From the IMG/VR virus record IMGVR_UViG_3300025154_000068, positions 19,035 to 83,034 of that record: a stretch of DNA of 64,000 bases. The stretch is one strand, 5' to 3'. Within the stretch, counting starts at the first letter, position 1. Each line of letters opens with the position of its first letter. The DNA comes from a virus. Position numbers and translations under genes: made by a program. This document shows positions 36,804 to 45,999 of the stretch, one piece after another. The notes below the pieces were generated by a model, which was not told the origin of the DNA, made no database searches, and saw nothing but the letters and a program-made list of their open reading frames with translations.

Positions 36804-38936
36804 TTACCGTCTGCTTCCGCCTCGCGCTGACCTGCTCGATGGTCGGCCCCGCCGGAGTCCGTCGTAGTCCTGGAGCTTCTTGTTCAGGTCGAGGGCAGTG
36901 ATGCCCCACACGAGAGCGTCGACCCTGTCTGGCGATGTCTCATCGTTCGCTGGGTCCCATCCGCACTGCTGGTCCTCGAGCTTCGGCAGCGTTCCCACGT
37001 GGTGGACTCTTCCCTTCTCGTAAAGGGTCGAGATCGGGTCTGCCCGGGTTGCCTTGCCCCGCGACGCGTGAACGGCCTTGAACGGCACACCCTGGCGCTC
37101 GGCTTGGACGTTGCGCTCGACAAGGTCTCCACCGTTGTTGACCTCGCCGATGATGTAGTCCGCTTCCCAGCGGTCGAAGGCCTCGAGAGCTCGCGCTGCC
37201 CATTGCGCTGGCGAGAAGACCCCGGAGAGGTCATCGAGAACGTAGGCGTGCCCGTCCTCGCCCAGGCCGACGACGATGATGCCGGTCTCGTTGCTCTTCG
37301 GGTTGGTCGATACCGCCGGGTCGATGGCGACGACCACCCGCCGCATGGGCGGGAGCGCGGGCGAGTACGACCCATCGTCATTGACCCTGAGTCGAAGGTC
37401 ATCAATCCGAGTGCGCTGCCAGAGCGCGTTCGGGTTGTCCTCGAGAATCTCGGCATCGATTTCCTGCCTGCCGAGCCTCGTCCCCTCGTACTCGGTGAGG
37501 ATGGAGGCGAAGAACGGCTTAGCGAGGTTCGACCGATTCTCGTAGGTCGAGCCCTTCGTAAGGGCGACATCCGCGCCTGCACGCTTGACGAGCTTCTTGA
37601 TCGTCGCGATCGGCCTGGGCGTCGTCGTGACGATGCCTTGCGGATTCGTTCCGAGCCGGAACCCGAACTGCAGCTGCGTCCACGCTTCCTGGAAGCGCCA
37701 GGCCGCAACTTCGTCCGCCCAAAACGTGTCGCAGTTGTGAACGAGAATCCCGTTGGCGAAGTACTCCGGCAGGCCCTCAACCGTGAGGTTGAACACCCGT
37801 CGAACGCCAACGTGCTCCCAGGTTGACGCAACGCTGACTGCAGTACCGTCCGCGCCTTGACACGAACTCTCGCCCGCAGTGCTCGCACTTCCGGGTGCTC
37901 CTTCTGGCCTCGTCCGCGCGCTTCTGTTGGCACGCAGGGCACGCCGATGTGAAGCCGCCCCGCTTCCTGGGGAATGGCTTGCCGCAGTCCGAACAATCGA
38001 TGTCGAACACCTCTCGTGACTCGACGTGCCTGTCGTAGTGCGTTCTGGGTGGCACGCACTCGAGGTTCTCGATCGCGTTGTTCGCCCGGTTGCCGTCCTT
38101 GTGATGGATGTGCCAACCAGGCGGGATCGGCCCGAGTTCCTGCTCCCAGATGACCCGGTGTTGGATGTAGTGGCGACCGTTCGCGTAGCCGATGACGTAT
38201 CCGTTCGCTCCAACGCGCCAACGAATACCCTCAAGCCCTTCGTCAGCTTGCCGAGTGGTACCCATTGTTCGCAAGATAAGACCGGATGATCGGCTGTGCC
38301 AGTGAGAGAAGCCCCGTTTGAGAAGCTGACGACGCCTACCTCGGCATCGTTCGAACCCGTTGCTACAACCGGTCGAAGACCATGTCTCGTTACGACCAAA
38401 TCGCCAACGGCAATGGCCTCGATCGGTCTGGGCCCCGCCTCGGTCTCGACAAGCGTTCCAGCGACGAAGCACTGCGGACCGCGCAGTCGATCGGGTCGGT
38501 CGGCCGACAGGATGGTGGCAACAGCCCCGTTGGGCCATGTCAGCCGCCGCTTCGATGGCTCGTAGTGCGGCTTGAACCACGGAGGCGAGATCGTCAGAAG
38601 TCCCGACTCGCCCTCGAGCATGACGTCGCGCGCATCCGCGGACGTCGCTGCGATCAGGGTGATTCGCTTGGACTCACCTGATTCAACCTTGCCTCGGATC
38701 CACTCGGCGCCAGTGCGGGTTTTCCCGAACCCGCGGCCCGCGAGGATGACCCAGATGACCCACGCCCACACGGGCGGGAGCTGCTTGTCGCGAGCCCAGA
38801 GACCTTGCCAGTCATACAGAAGCGTCCGAGCCGCTTCGTCCGGCAGCGTCGCTATCGCTTGCCGTACCTGGCTCGGACTCATCTGGCGGAGCAAGCTTCG
38901 CAATCGCTTCTGCGAGCTGGCTCCTTGCATCATCAA
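36804..38936 (-). CDS. terL: Terminase large subunit with intein (start may be ATG 38882)
   Basis: Walker A AGRGFGKT, Walker B FWADE, nuclease VAIDPA, SPDRVDAL. Confidence 0.95.
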   Translation of the reverse strand: MMMQGASSQKRLRSLLRQMSPSQVRQAIATLPDEAARTLLYDWQGLWARDKQLPPVWAWVIWVILAGRGFGKTRTGAEWIRGKVESGESKRITLIAATSADARDVMLEGESGLLTISPPWFKPHYEPSKRRLTWPNGAVATILSADRPDRLRGPQCFVAGTLVETEAGPRPIEAIAVGDLVVTRHGLRPVVATGSNDAEVGVVSFSNGASLTGTADHPVLSCEQWVPLGKLTKGLRVFVGALERTDTSSATRTVATTSNTGSSGSRNSGRSRLVGTSITRTATGRTTRSRTSSACHPERTTTGTSSHERCSTSIVRTAASHSPGSGAASHRRALRANRSARTRPEGAPGSASTAGESSCQGADGTAVSVASTWEHVGVRRVFNLTVEGLPEYFANGILVHNCDTFWADEVAAWRFQEAWTQLQFGFRLGTNPQGIVTTTPRPIATIKKLVKRAGADVALTKGSTYENRSNLAKPFFASILTEYEGTRLGRQEIDAEILEDNPNALWQRTRIDDLRLRVNDDGSYSPALPPMRRVVVAIDPAVSTNPKSNETGIIVVGLGEDGHAYVLDDLSGVFSPAQWAARALEAFDRWEADYIIGEVNNGGDLVERNVQAERQGVPFKAVHASRGKATRADPISTLYEKGRVHHVGTLPKLEDQQCGWDPANDETSPDRVDALVWGITALDLNKKLQDYDGLRRGRPSSRSARGGSRR
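37734..38471 (-). mobile_element. Intein in TerL (246 aa; Cys1 ... His-Asn / Cys+1)
   Basis: CFVAGTLV, GTADHPV, VFNLTVEGLPEYFANGILVHN; removal restores LRGPQ-CDTFWADE. Confidence 0.93.
37777..38265 (-). CDS. Frame-shifted nested HNH endonuclease with C-terminal Zn fingers (162 aa)
   Basis: QHRVIWEQELGPIPPGWHIHHKDGNRANNAIENLECV; four CxxC/CxxxC motifs; different frame from intein, wholly inside it. Confidence 0.85.
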   Translation of the reverse strand: MGTTRQADEGLEGIRWRVGANGYVIGYANGRHYIQHRVIWEQELGPIPPGWHIHHKDGNRANNAIENLECVPPRTHYDRHVESREVFDIDCSDCGKPFPRKRGGFTSACPACQQKRADEARRSTRKCEHCGREFVSRRGRYCSQRCVNLGARWRSTGVQPHG

Positions 38937-39348
38937 TCTCGATTGCTCCGCCGTCTGGACCGCTCACCTCGGAGCGGGATGGCGCATCCGTGCCGAGCAG
39001 TCGAGCTCGCCGCTCCTCGATCCGGAGGGCTGTGTCGATGGCCCTCGGGTCTCCACGCCTCACCTTGCCGCGCAGTGCCCAGAGCATTCCGTCGAGGCGG
39101 ATGAGCATCAGGTCCCGGACGTCCTCTGCGGACTCCTCCGTCTGCTCCCGAAGCTCAGCGAACTGCTTCTGGACAAGCTTCCAGGCCGCTTGCTTGGAGA
39201 TGCCGAGCGCCTTGCCGATCGCGGGATAACTCGCGCCAGTGCGCTTCAAGTCGAGTGCCTTGGCGGCTCGGTCGATCGTGCGCACCTTCCGCGGCGTGAC
39301 CTTGGTCGTCTTCGCCTTGGCCTTCGCCGTCTTCTTCTGCATCGTCAA
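38812..39348 (-). CDS. Terminase small subunit
   Basis: HTH (GASYPAIGKALGIS), RRARLLGTDAP, EVSGPDGGAIE; upstream of TerL. Confidence 0.8.
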   Translation of the reverse strand: MTMQKKTAKAKAKTTKVTPRKVRTIDRAAKALDLKRTGASYPAIGKALGISKQAAWKLVQKQFAELREQTEESAEDVRDLMLIRLDGMLWALRGKVRRGDPRAIDTALRIEERRARLLGTDAPSRSEVSGPDGGAIEIDDARSQLAEAIAKLAPPDESEPGTASDSDAAGRSGSDASV

Positions 39349-39360
39349 CCAGTCCGTACG

Positions 39361-39579
39361 TCAACCCCACGACCACCGAAACGAGAACCGGCGGCTCCCA
39401 CACTTGCACGCTGCCAAGGGGTCGGGCACCTCGAGCTCGAACACCGTTCGGCCGTCCACCTTCACCTCGCGCGAGATCTTCGCGCCGGCTTCCTTGAGCC
39501 GGTCGAGGTCGGCCTCAGCTCCGCAACGAATGCACCGGCACCCGATGTCCACGCCGATTCCGTGCTCGAGCTCGGCCAT
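39361..39579 (-). CDS. Small Zn-ribbon protein
   Basis: CIRCG...CKCG. Confidence 0.5.
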   Translation of the reverse strand: MAELEHGIGVDIGCRCIRCGAEADLDRLKEAGAKISREVKVDGRTVFELEVPDPLAACKCGSRRFSFRWSWG

Positions 39580-39827
39580 CTGGTGATGGTAGCTCCGGAT
39601 AAGTGCGCTCGCCAGGTCCCACACGAAGGAGGCACATGTGAGACCTGGCTCGCGCTGGGGAGGAAGGAGGCGATGGCCCGACACGAGGTCGGGGCAGGCG
39701 TCCGACTCAAGCGCCGCACCCACGAAGTGGTGAAGCTCGTCGTTCGTCTGCCTCGGCCCCGCCTCGCGCGTCTATCGTCTGTGGAAGAGGTTGACGCCGT
39801 TCCGCTCTCGGCTGCGCCGGTCGCGAG

Positions 39828-40283
39828 TTACTCGGTTCGGGCTTCGCCCTCCCGTCCCACCCCCTGTTGTCCCCCTCCCAGAGACAACTCCTCCCTCTGT
39901 TCGTAGTGCGAACGAATTATCCCGGACTTCTGTCGCCTCCTGTTCCGTTTTCTCGCTGCATCCTCGCACCTCTTGCAGCAGAATCGCTTGGGCTGCCCGC
40001 CGGCTGGCACAAGGACGACAAACACCTTCCGGAACCCATCTTCTCCGCAACAGCACCTCGGGTTTTGGCAGATCCGTTTTTCAGCGCGCCGCTCTTTCAC
40101 CCGATCCTCAGCGCGGCGCGCCTCCATTCTGTGCCTTGCCTTCTCCCTTCTCTGATCGATTCGCACTTCGAGATACATTGCCTCAATGAAGTCGACGTCA
40201 GAGTCGAATCCGCCCGCCTCGTCGACGAAGTTCTCTGCAAGCTGTACAAACATCGGCACGGTTTCATCCCAAGCCATGGTCAC
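39828..40283 (-). CDS. Zn-finger protein (CGNR-like)
   Basis: CQNPRC...KRFCCKRC. Confidence 0.55.
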   Translation of the reverse strand: MTMAWDETVPMFVQLAENFVDEAGGFDSDVDFIEAMYLEVRIDQRREKARHRMEARRAEDRVKERRAEKRICQNPRCCCGEDGFRKVFVVLVPAGGQPKRFCCKRCEDAARKRNRRRQKSGIIRSHYEQREELSLGGGQQGVGREGEARTE

Positions 40284-40501
40284 TCACCAGCCTTTGGTAC
40301 CGGGCGTCGACCAGATCGCCACCTGCGACGAACGACCGGCACACCACATAGATTCGCATCACAACCGGCGCGTACGGCACCGTGTACATCGACGACAGCA
40401 AGCACCACGGAAGGGCCTACGTCGAGCAGCACTTCCGGCGATATCACACCGATGTACACCCAAGGGCCCCGCCACAGCATCATTGCCCCAATCGCACCCA
40501 T
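40280..40501 (-). CDS. Hypothetical protein
   Basis: GGAGGA RBS before ATG 40501; coupled to next gene. Confidence 0.4.
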   Translation of the reverse strand: MGAIGAMMLWRGPWVYIGVISPEVLLDVGPSVVLAVVDVHGAVRAGCDANLCGVPVVRRRWRSGRRPVPKAGE

Positions 40502-40514
40502 TGTTCCTCCCACG

Positions 40515-41048
40515 TCATCGACTCGCCTCGTAGTCGGCGTGCGCGGCATTCAGCGCCGCGATTGCCTCGTTCAGCACCTTGTCGAGAATCGCTTGTGCAG
40601 CCTCGCCATCCCGCTTCTGGGCCTGCATCGAGATCCAGAGCAACCACATCCGGCTCGTGGCGAGCGCGCGTGATCGCGCCGTGTCGCTCTTGCGTCCCCG
40701 CATTGCCGAGGACGCGGCCTTGTACCCACTCCGCGCGGTCGGCGTCCAGCATGCGAGCGCCAGCGACACTCCGGCCGACCCGAGTTGCCCATCAACTCCG
40801 TGGTGCAGTTCGAGCACCAATTGGCTTCGCTCCGAGCACCGTCGCAGGCGAGCGGCAACCTTGTTCGCGCGATCGCCCGCCATGGCGACGTATTCGTTGA
40901 TGTCCGCGCTCACCCGTCGCTCGTTCTTACCGGGCAGCGTGCCTTGCCTGAGCATCTCGAGTTGGGGGCCAAGGCACGAGCGAACCCCGCAGTCGCCTCG
41001 AGCTTCCACGAAGTACCATCGCAGGTCGGCCTCGTCGTCAGGTAGCAT
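40515..41048 (-). CDS. Hypothetical protein (late-regulator position)
   Basis: 177-aa ORF overlapping sigma gene end. Confidence 0.6.
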   Translation of the reverse strand: MLPDDEADLRWYFVEARGDCGVRSCLGPQLEMLRQGTLPGKNERRVSADINEYVAMAGDRANKVAARLRRCSERSQLVLELHHGVDGQLGSAGVSLALACWTPTARSGYKAASSAMRGRKSDTARSRALATSRMWLLWISMQAQKRDGEAAQAILDKVLNEAIAALNAAHADYEASR

Positions 41049-41817
41049 TCACGCCTCCAAGCCTCACCCGGAGCTTGCCGAGTGCTTCAATCTCGAGTTG
41101 CTGCGCGCGTTGCCGCGTCACGCCGAACTGCTGCCCGATCGCCTCAAACGACATCGGGTGGCGAGACATGTGACGCCAGATGATGGTCAGGCGCATCTTC
41201 TCTGGCAGGCTGTCCACCGCGATGCGTACGGCCTTGTCCCGGGCCCTCCGGCCCAGCGCTTGATCGACGGGTTCGCGAGGATCTGCCAGGACGTTCTCCA
41301 GCGTTCGCCCATCCTCGTCCGAAGCAGCTGCGTCCAGCGATGCAATCCTGTGGTGCATGGCAATGAACGCCTCCGCAACATCGCGCCGGGAGTTCGACCG
41401 CCTCATCAGCCCTTCAACGGGATCGTCATCCGCCAGCGCAGCCTCCATGTGCCTTCGCATGGTGTAGTATCGGGTGAACAGAATCGATTTGACCCCGCTG
41501 CGCCCCGCGGCGAACTGGAGCTTTGACTCGCGCCGGATGTGCTGCGTCCACCAGTGTTGTGCGTACGTCGAGAACCGGACTCCGACGGCGGGATCGAACT
41601 TTCCGATCGCATGGACGGTGCCCATCAGCGCGAGCTGCATCAGGTCCTCAGCGTCCTGTTCGGTCGCCTGCCCCCGGCTCCATCGCTTCACGTCGATGTT
41701 GATCAGCCTCACGAGCGAGGACAAGATCCGAACGATCGCAGCATCGTCGCCGGCCTTCGCCCGGACGAGAAGGTCAAGCTCCTCGGCTGGCGTCATTGGC
41801 GGGGTTGGCAAAATCAT
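41038..41817 (-). CDS. Sigma-70 family sigma factor (RpoH/RpoD-like), likely late-gene activator
   Basis: EDLMQLALMG..AIGKFDP..GVRFSTYAQHW; SFEAIGQQFGVTRQRAQQLEIEALGKLR. Confidence 0.9.
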   Translation of the reverse strand: MILPTPPMTPAEELDLLVRAKAGDDAAIVRILSSLVRLINIDVKRWSRGQATEQDAEDLMQLALMGTVHAIGKFDPAVGVRFSTYAQHWWTQHIRRESKLQFAAGRSGVKSILFTRYYTMRRHMEAALADDDPVEGLMRRSNSRRDVAEAFIAMHHRIASLDAAASDEDGRTLENVLADPREPVDQALGRRARDKAVRIAVDSLPEKMRLTIIWRHMSRHPMSFEAIGQQFGVTRQRAQQLEIEALGKLRVRLGGVNAT

Positions 41818-42116
41818 CGCATGGCTCCCAACAGCTTCAGGCCCCTTTTGCGAGCCTTGCCCCGCCAGTACCGGCGGATGTGCAGCGTCTTCCTGGGAGC
41901 CCACCATGCCGTGGACATGCGCACCCAATCCAGGTACCGCCGAATGGCTCGATTGGACATCTTCAGCGTGAACGTGCACTCGTAGGTTCGTGGCGCGTAC
42001 CTTCGAATCGGGTCGCTTTGCGGGGTAGCTGTTTCCCAGGTCACGCCTTTTACTGGGTATTCGACCCCATCGATCCACATCTGCGTTATGCGCGCGCCCT
42101 GGATCTCACCCGGCAT
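41814..42116 (-). CDS. Hypothetical protein
   Basis: Coupled ORF in operon. Confidence 0.5.
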   Translation of the reverse strand: MPGEIQGARITQMWIDGVEYPVKGVTWETATPQSDPIRRYAPRTYECTFTLKMSNRAIRRYLDWVRMSTAWWAPRKTLHIRRYWRGKARKRGLKLLGAMR

Positions 42117-42348
42117 TCGACACCTCCGCGCTTTCCTGTTCGAGCAGCTCGACAATCGCCCCCGCCTCCCGTTCCAGCTTGGCGAGACGCTTCTCGGTCA
42201 ACACGCCCTTCGTCGCCCGGACGACAAGCGCCCCATCCTTTGCGACAGAGAGCGCACATCCCGCGTTACGAGCTCGCTGCAGGAGAGTCCGGGTGGCCTC
42301 GGTTACCGATGCCGCTCTGCGAACATGGATGAAGACCGTCTCCGTCAC
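42106..42348 (-). CDS. Small protein, TubC N-terminal docking-domain-like
   Basis: GGAGG RBS; LSVAKDGALVVRATKGVLTEKRLAKL..AIVELL. Confidence 0.5.
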   Translation of the reverse strand: MTETVFIHVRRAASVTEATRTLLQRARNAGCALSVAKDGALVVRATKGVLTEKRLAKLEREAGAIVELLEQESAEVSNAG

Positions 42349-42487
42349 CCGCACCTCCGGTGCTCTTCGATCCACTCCCAGGGGTAACCGCACAGCCCCC
42401 ACCAGATCGCTCCGCAAACCGCGCAGCCCCATCCCCAGGATCGCGCCATGATGTTCGGCAGCGGTTCCACGATCGAATCCTCCCGCT

Positions 42488-42943
42488 TCACGCTGCCATC
42501 CTTTCTCGAACGCTTCGCTCCACCGCCTTGGCGTCACCCACGCTGCGGACTACGGCGTAGACACCACCCGCCGCCTCGTGCATGGCCTGCCACTCTCGCT
42601 GCTCCGGGGTCTGGTCCTCGTCGTCGTCGCGCTTCACCTCTAGCGCGACCGACACCCCGCACACCACGCCGAGGATGTCCGCGGTGCCCTTCGGTGCGGC
42701 CTTGAACAACCCGCGGCCGGCCTCCCCGGCCTTCGTCGTGTACTCGTATACGCGCCTGCCGCTATTCGCGCGCCACCAGTACGCCTTGCCGTCGCGCGAG
42801 ACGTACAGACCTGTCCGGACCCACTTGCCCTTGCCGGTCTTCTTCGAGATCTCGTAACGGCGCCTTTCGACGCCGAGCGATGCCAGGATCCAATCCTGCA
42901 CGCTGTGCTCGAGCGGGCCTCGGAGTTGGAATCTACGCGGCAT
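42488..42943 (-). CDS. VRR-NUC domain nuclease/resolvase
   Basis: EHSVQ, GTADIL, LEVK, QTPEQREWQ..GGVYAVVRS. Confidence 0.85.
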   Translation of the reverse strand: MPRRFQLRGPLEHSVQDWILASLGVERRRYEISKKTGKGKWVRTGLYVSRDGKAYWWRANSGRRVYEYTTKAGEAGRGLFKAAPKGTADILGVVCGVSVALEVKRDDDEDQTPEQREWQAMHEAAGGVYAVVRSVGDAKAVERSVRERMAA

Positions 42944-44283
42944 CACCACCCTCCTCCGCGCGGACCGGGTTCGTCGTAGTCCGCCAGATCGTCGAACCGG
43001 GTGTAGACCTTCTGCCACGCAACCTTCGTCGAGCCGGTTGCGCCGTTCCGGTTTTTCGCGACGATGATGTGCTGGACTGTTTCGCTGTCCGAGCTCGGGT
43101 GAATGAAGATCACCTCGTCGGCGTCCTGTTCGATGTTTCCGCTCTCGCGAAGGTCGGAGAGCTGCGGGCGCGCGGACTTGCCGCGCTTCTCGACGTCCCG
43201 GTTGAGCTGCGAAAGGCACAGCACGACCACCCCGAGGTCCTTCGCCAGCGCTTTCAGTCCCTTGGAGTTCTCGCCCACCTTCTCGTCCCGACTCTTGAGC
43301 TTCGGGTCGGTCGCCATCAGCTGCAGGTAGTCGATGACCACGAGACCAAGCGGCGTTCCCTGGCGCTTGAACCCGGCCGCCATCCGCCGTGCCTTGGCCC
43401 GAAGTGACGCGAGGGAGATCGAGGACTCGTCGTCAACATCGATCGGGAGCTTCCCGAGCCGCTGGCATTCGGTGGACAACCTGGACCACCCCTCTGCGTC
43501 CAGCTTGTTGGTGCGCAGGAGTTGCGAATCCACGCGGGCTCCGGAGCACGTCACACGGTCAACGAGCTGCTCTCGCGGCATCTCGAGCGAGAACACGCCA
43601 ACGCCGATGTTTCTCTCGGCCGTGCTCACCGCCATGTTGTTGAGCGCGAGCGATGTCTTGCCCTTCCCCGGGCGAGCAGCGAGGTAGCACAGGTCTCCCG
43701 GTTGCAGCCCGGCCAGGATGGCGTCCACGTCGAGCAGCCCGGTGCGCACCGCGGATGTTTGCGCGAGGCCGGATTGCAGCGCCTTGAAACGCTCCCGAAT
43801 CACGTCCTTGAGCCGAGCCGGCTTGATAACCTCGTAGCGCTGGGTCGCCGCCAGAATTTCACGCTCCGCCCCGTCGATGAACTCGTCCGGGTCGCTCACG
43901 TTCTCGTTCTGCGCTTCCACTGCGACTTTGCGACACGTGGTAATGATCTGGCGAAGCCGCCACTTGTCGCGAACGCGCAGCGCGAGCTGCTCGACGTTGG
44001 CCTGCATCGGCACCTCGTTCACGAACTCGGCGATGGTCTTCGCTCCGCCAATCCGCTGGAGCTTACCGCGGTCCTCCAGCCATCCTTTCACGACCACCGC
44101 GTCGTACTCCACTCCAGCCTCCCGGAGCGAACGCAATGCCTCATAGACCTGTTTCGTCACGTCGCTGTAAAACTGCTCCGGCGTGACGATGGGAATGACC
44201 CGATCGAGGAAGTCGACCGATATCAGCGCTGCGCCCACGATGGCCTGCTCCGCGCTCACGTCGCGTGGAAACAGCTCGTTCAC
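42943..44283 (-). CDS. dnaB: Replicative DNA helicase DnaB
   Basis: AARPGKGKT, FSLEM, VIDYLQLM, LSQLNR, DLRESGNIEQDAD, AKNRNG. Confidence 0.97.
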   Translation of the reverse strand: MNELFPRDVSAEQAIVGAALISVDFLDRVIPIVTPEQFYSDVTKQVYEALRSLREAGVEYDAVVVKGWLEDRGKLQRIGGAKTIAEFVNEVPMQANVEQLALRVRDKWRLRQIITTCRKVAVEAQNENVSDPDEFIDGAEREILAATQRYEVIKPARLKDVIRERFKALQSGLAQTSAVRTGLLDVDAILAGLQPGDLCYLAARPGKGKTSLALNNMAVSTAERNIGVGVFSLEMPREQLVDRVTCSGARVDSQLLRTNKLDAEGWSRLSTECQRLGKLPIDVDDESSISLASLRAKARRMAAGFKRQGTPLGLVVIDYLQLMATDPKLKSRDEKVGENSKGLKALAKDLGVVVLCLSQLNRDVEKRGKSARPQLSDLRESGNIEQDADEVIFIHPSSDSETVQHIIVAKNRNGATGSTKVAWQKVYTRFDDLADYDEPGPRGGGW

Positions 44284-45428
44284 GACGCACCTCCAAACAT
44301 GGCTTGACGCTGCCGCTGGTAGTCCGCCTGAGCCTTCGCTGGATCAACGGCCGCATCACGCGACCACGGCGTGCCGTACGTCGAGAGACTCTTGAGAATG
44401 AACCGGATCGGGTGACGGGCATCCACGAGAAATCCATCTCGCCCGTCGTCCCGTAGGTACGCCGCGAACCAGTGCTCAAGCACCTCCTGCACAACCGGCT
44501 CGACCGGATCGCCCGGCTTGCCGCGTGCCTGCAGCTCCGAGATCGCCTCGGACAGCGCTCGCTCAGCGACCTTGCCCATCGTGCCCCTACAGTCGCCGTT
44601 CTCGACGTACTTGCCGTACTTGCGCCGACTGGTCGCGTACATCTTGCGCCAGATCGAGAACGCTTGGCCCACCGGGGCCTTGGGCTTCAGTTCAGGTTGC
44701 TTGGCCTTCCGGCGCTTCGACTCTGGGGGCGAGTCCGGGACAAGGGCCAACAGCTCAGGCTTCAGGTCCGGGTCCGGGTCCGGCAACGCCACCGGCGCTT
44801 GGGGCGGGACCGGATCGGTCTCGCCCGTACCGTAGGTACGTATCTCTTCTCTCTCTTCTCTTCTCTTCTCTTCTCTACGTGACGCCGTGTGACCGCGCGT
44901 GACGGTGGCATCACAGTTTGTGACTGTTGAGTCACGTGGCGTGACGGCGCCGTCACGTGGCGTGATGACGCTGGATTGTCTGGACCCATCACACGGCGTT
45001 GCGTCTACTGTGGGCCCATTGGGGGGGTCGAATGAGCCTCGTGACGAGGTGTCACGTGGCGTGACAGGCTCATCGAACGCTCGGGCCCGGGCGCGTCGCT
45101 TCTGTTGGCGCACTCTGTCGCTCTGCTTCGACTCCTGGGCCTCCACAAAGTTCGGGACTTGCAACAGGGTCTCGTCACTGAGGAAGTGAATGGCGCCGTC
45201 TTCCTCGAGAACCCCGACCATCTCCGCGAGGTCAGCGTCCCAGGTTGCAGAGAGCGCCGCGGCGATGGCCTTGCGACCAGCTTTCCCAAGACGCATCACC
45301 CCAGCGGGGTCCAAGCGCTTCAGAATCTCGTCGAACAATCCCCGCGCCTTCCACGGGAGCACGAGCCATTCCGGCTCGTCGCGCGTGTAGAGCTTGATCC
45401 ATCGCTCATCTTGCCAGTCACGCGACAT
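44280..45428 (-). CDS. Phage replication initiator (O-like)
   Basis: WIKLY N-terminus, central repeats, REEKRREE linker; directly upstream of DnaB. Confidence 0.75.
   Translation of the reverse strand: MSRDWQDERWIKLYTRDEPEWLVLPWKARGLFDEILKRLDPAGVMRLGKAGRKAIAAALSATWDADLAEMVGVLEEDGAIHFLSDETLLQVPNFVEAQESKQSDRVRQQKRRARARAFDEPVTPRDTSSRGSFDPPNGPTVDATPCDGSRQSSVITPRDGAVTPRDSTVTNCDATVTRGHTASRREEKRREEREEIRTYGTGETDPVPPQAPVALPDPDPDLKPELLALVPDSPPESKRRKAKQPELKPKAPVGQAFSIWRKMYATSRRKYGKYVENGDCRGTMGKVAERALSEAISELQARGKPGDPVEPVVQEVLEHWFAAYLRDDGRDGFLVDARHPIRFILKSLSTYGTPWSRDAAVDPAKAQADYQRQRQAMFGGAS
44843..45065. repeat. Iteron-like repeats RTCAC-N5-GTGAY and CT-rich tract: probable replication origin
   Basis: GTCACGTGGCGTGAC at 44931 and 45051, variants at 44910 and 44952; CT-rich tract 44843-44876. 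Confidence 0.7.
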
Positions 45429-45999
45429 CTCGGCTCCATGCTTCTGCGATTTCGATTGCCTCAAACGCGCACATCTCGGGCGATTCGAAGACCTCGGTCG
45501 CCATGAATCGAAGCGTCAGGATTCCAAGCGCTGCCATCGATCGGTCGCGTCGCCGGTCCGTGACCATCCGTTCGAATGTGCTGTGGTGGCGAATACTGTC
45601 CACTTCGACCACCACGCGAGACCTGCCCCCACCGTTCAGAATGAAGTCCGCTCGGTAGGCGGCACGGCCGGTCTTGATGACTACCTGCTGCTCGAGGGTC
45701 ATGCCGCGAGGAAGCAACGCAGTCAGCGCGGCGAGAAGGAGCTCTTCTGGCGGACTCTCGGACCGGTCCTCGACCGGCTTGGGAGGAGCGACGGCGCGAA
45801 CGGCGATGGCCTCTTCGGTGATGATGTGCCCGCCTTCCGTCGATTCCCACAGGCCGAGCTCCTTGAACCGGTCGTGGAACCGATCTGCCAGGTCGAACTG
45901 GACCGTCCGGCTGCGACTGAACCTGGCGCGCGCCGCCACCGCCGCCCAAACGAGGCGCTCGTCATCAGAGAGCTTCGCGAGCTTCTCGTCGTACGTCAC
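45418..45999 (-). CDS. DUF559/Vsr-like endonuclease domain protein
   Basis: ESPPEELL, YRADF, VVVEVDSIRHH, DRRRDR..LRF. Confidence 0.8.
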   Translation of the reverse strand: MTYDEKLAKLSDDERLVWAAVAARARFSRSRTVQFDLADRFHDRFKELGLWESTEGGHIITEEAIAVRAVAPPKPVEDRSESPPEELLLAALTALLPRGMTLEQQVVIKTGRAAYRADFILNGGGRSRVVVEVDSIRHHSTFERMVTDRRRDRSMAALGILTLRFMATEVFESPEMCAFEAIEIAEAWSRDVA

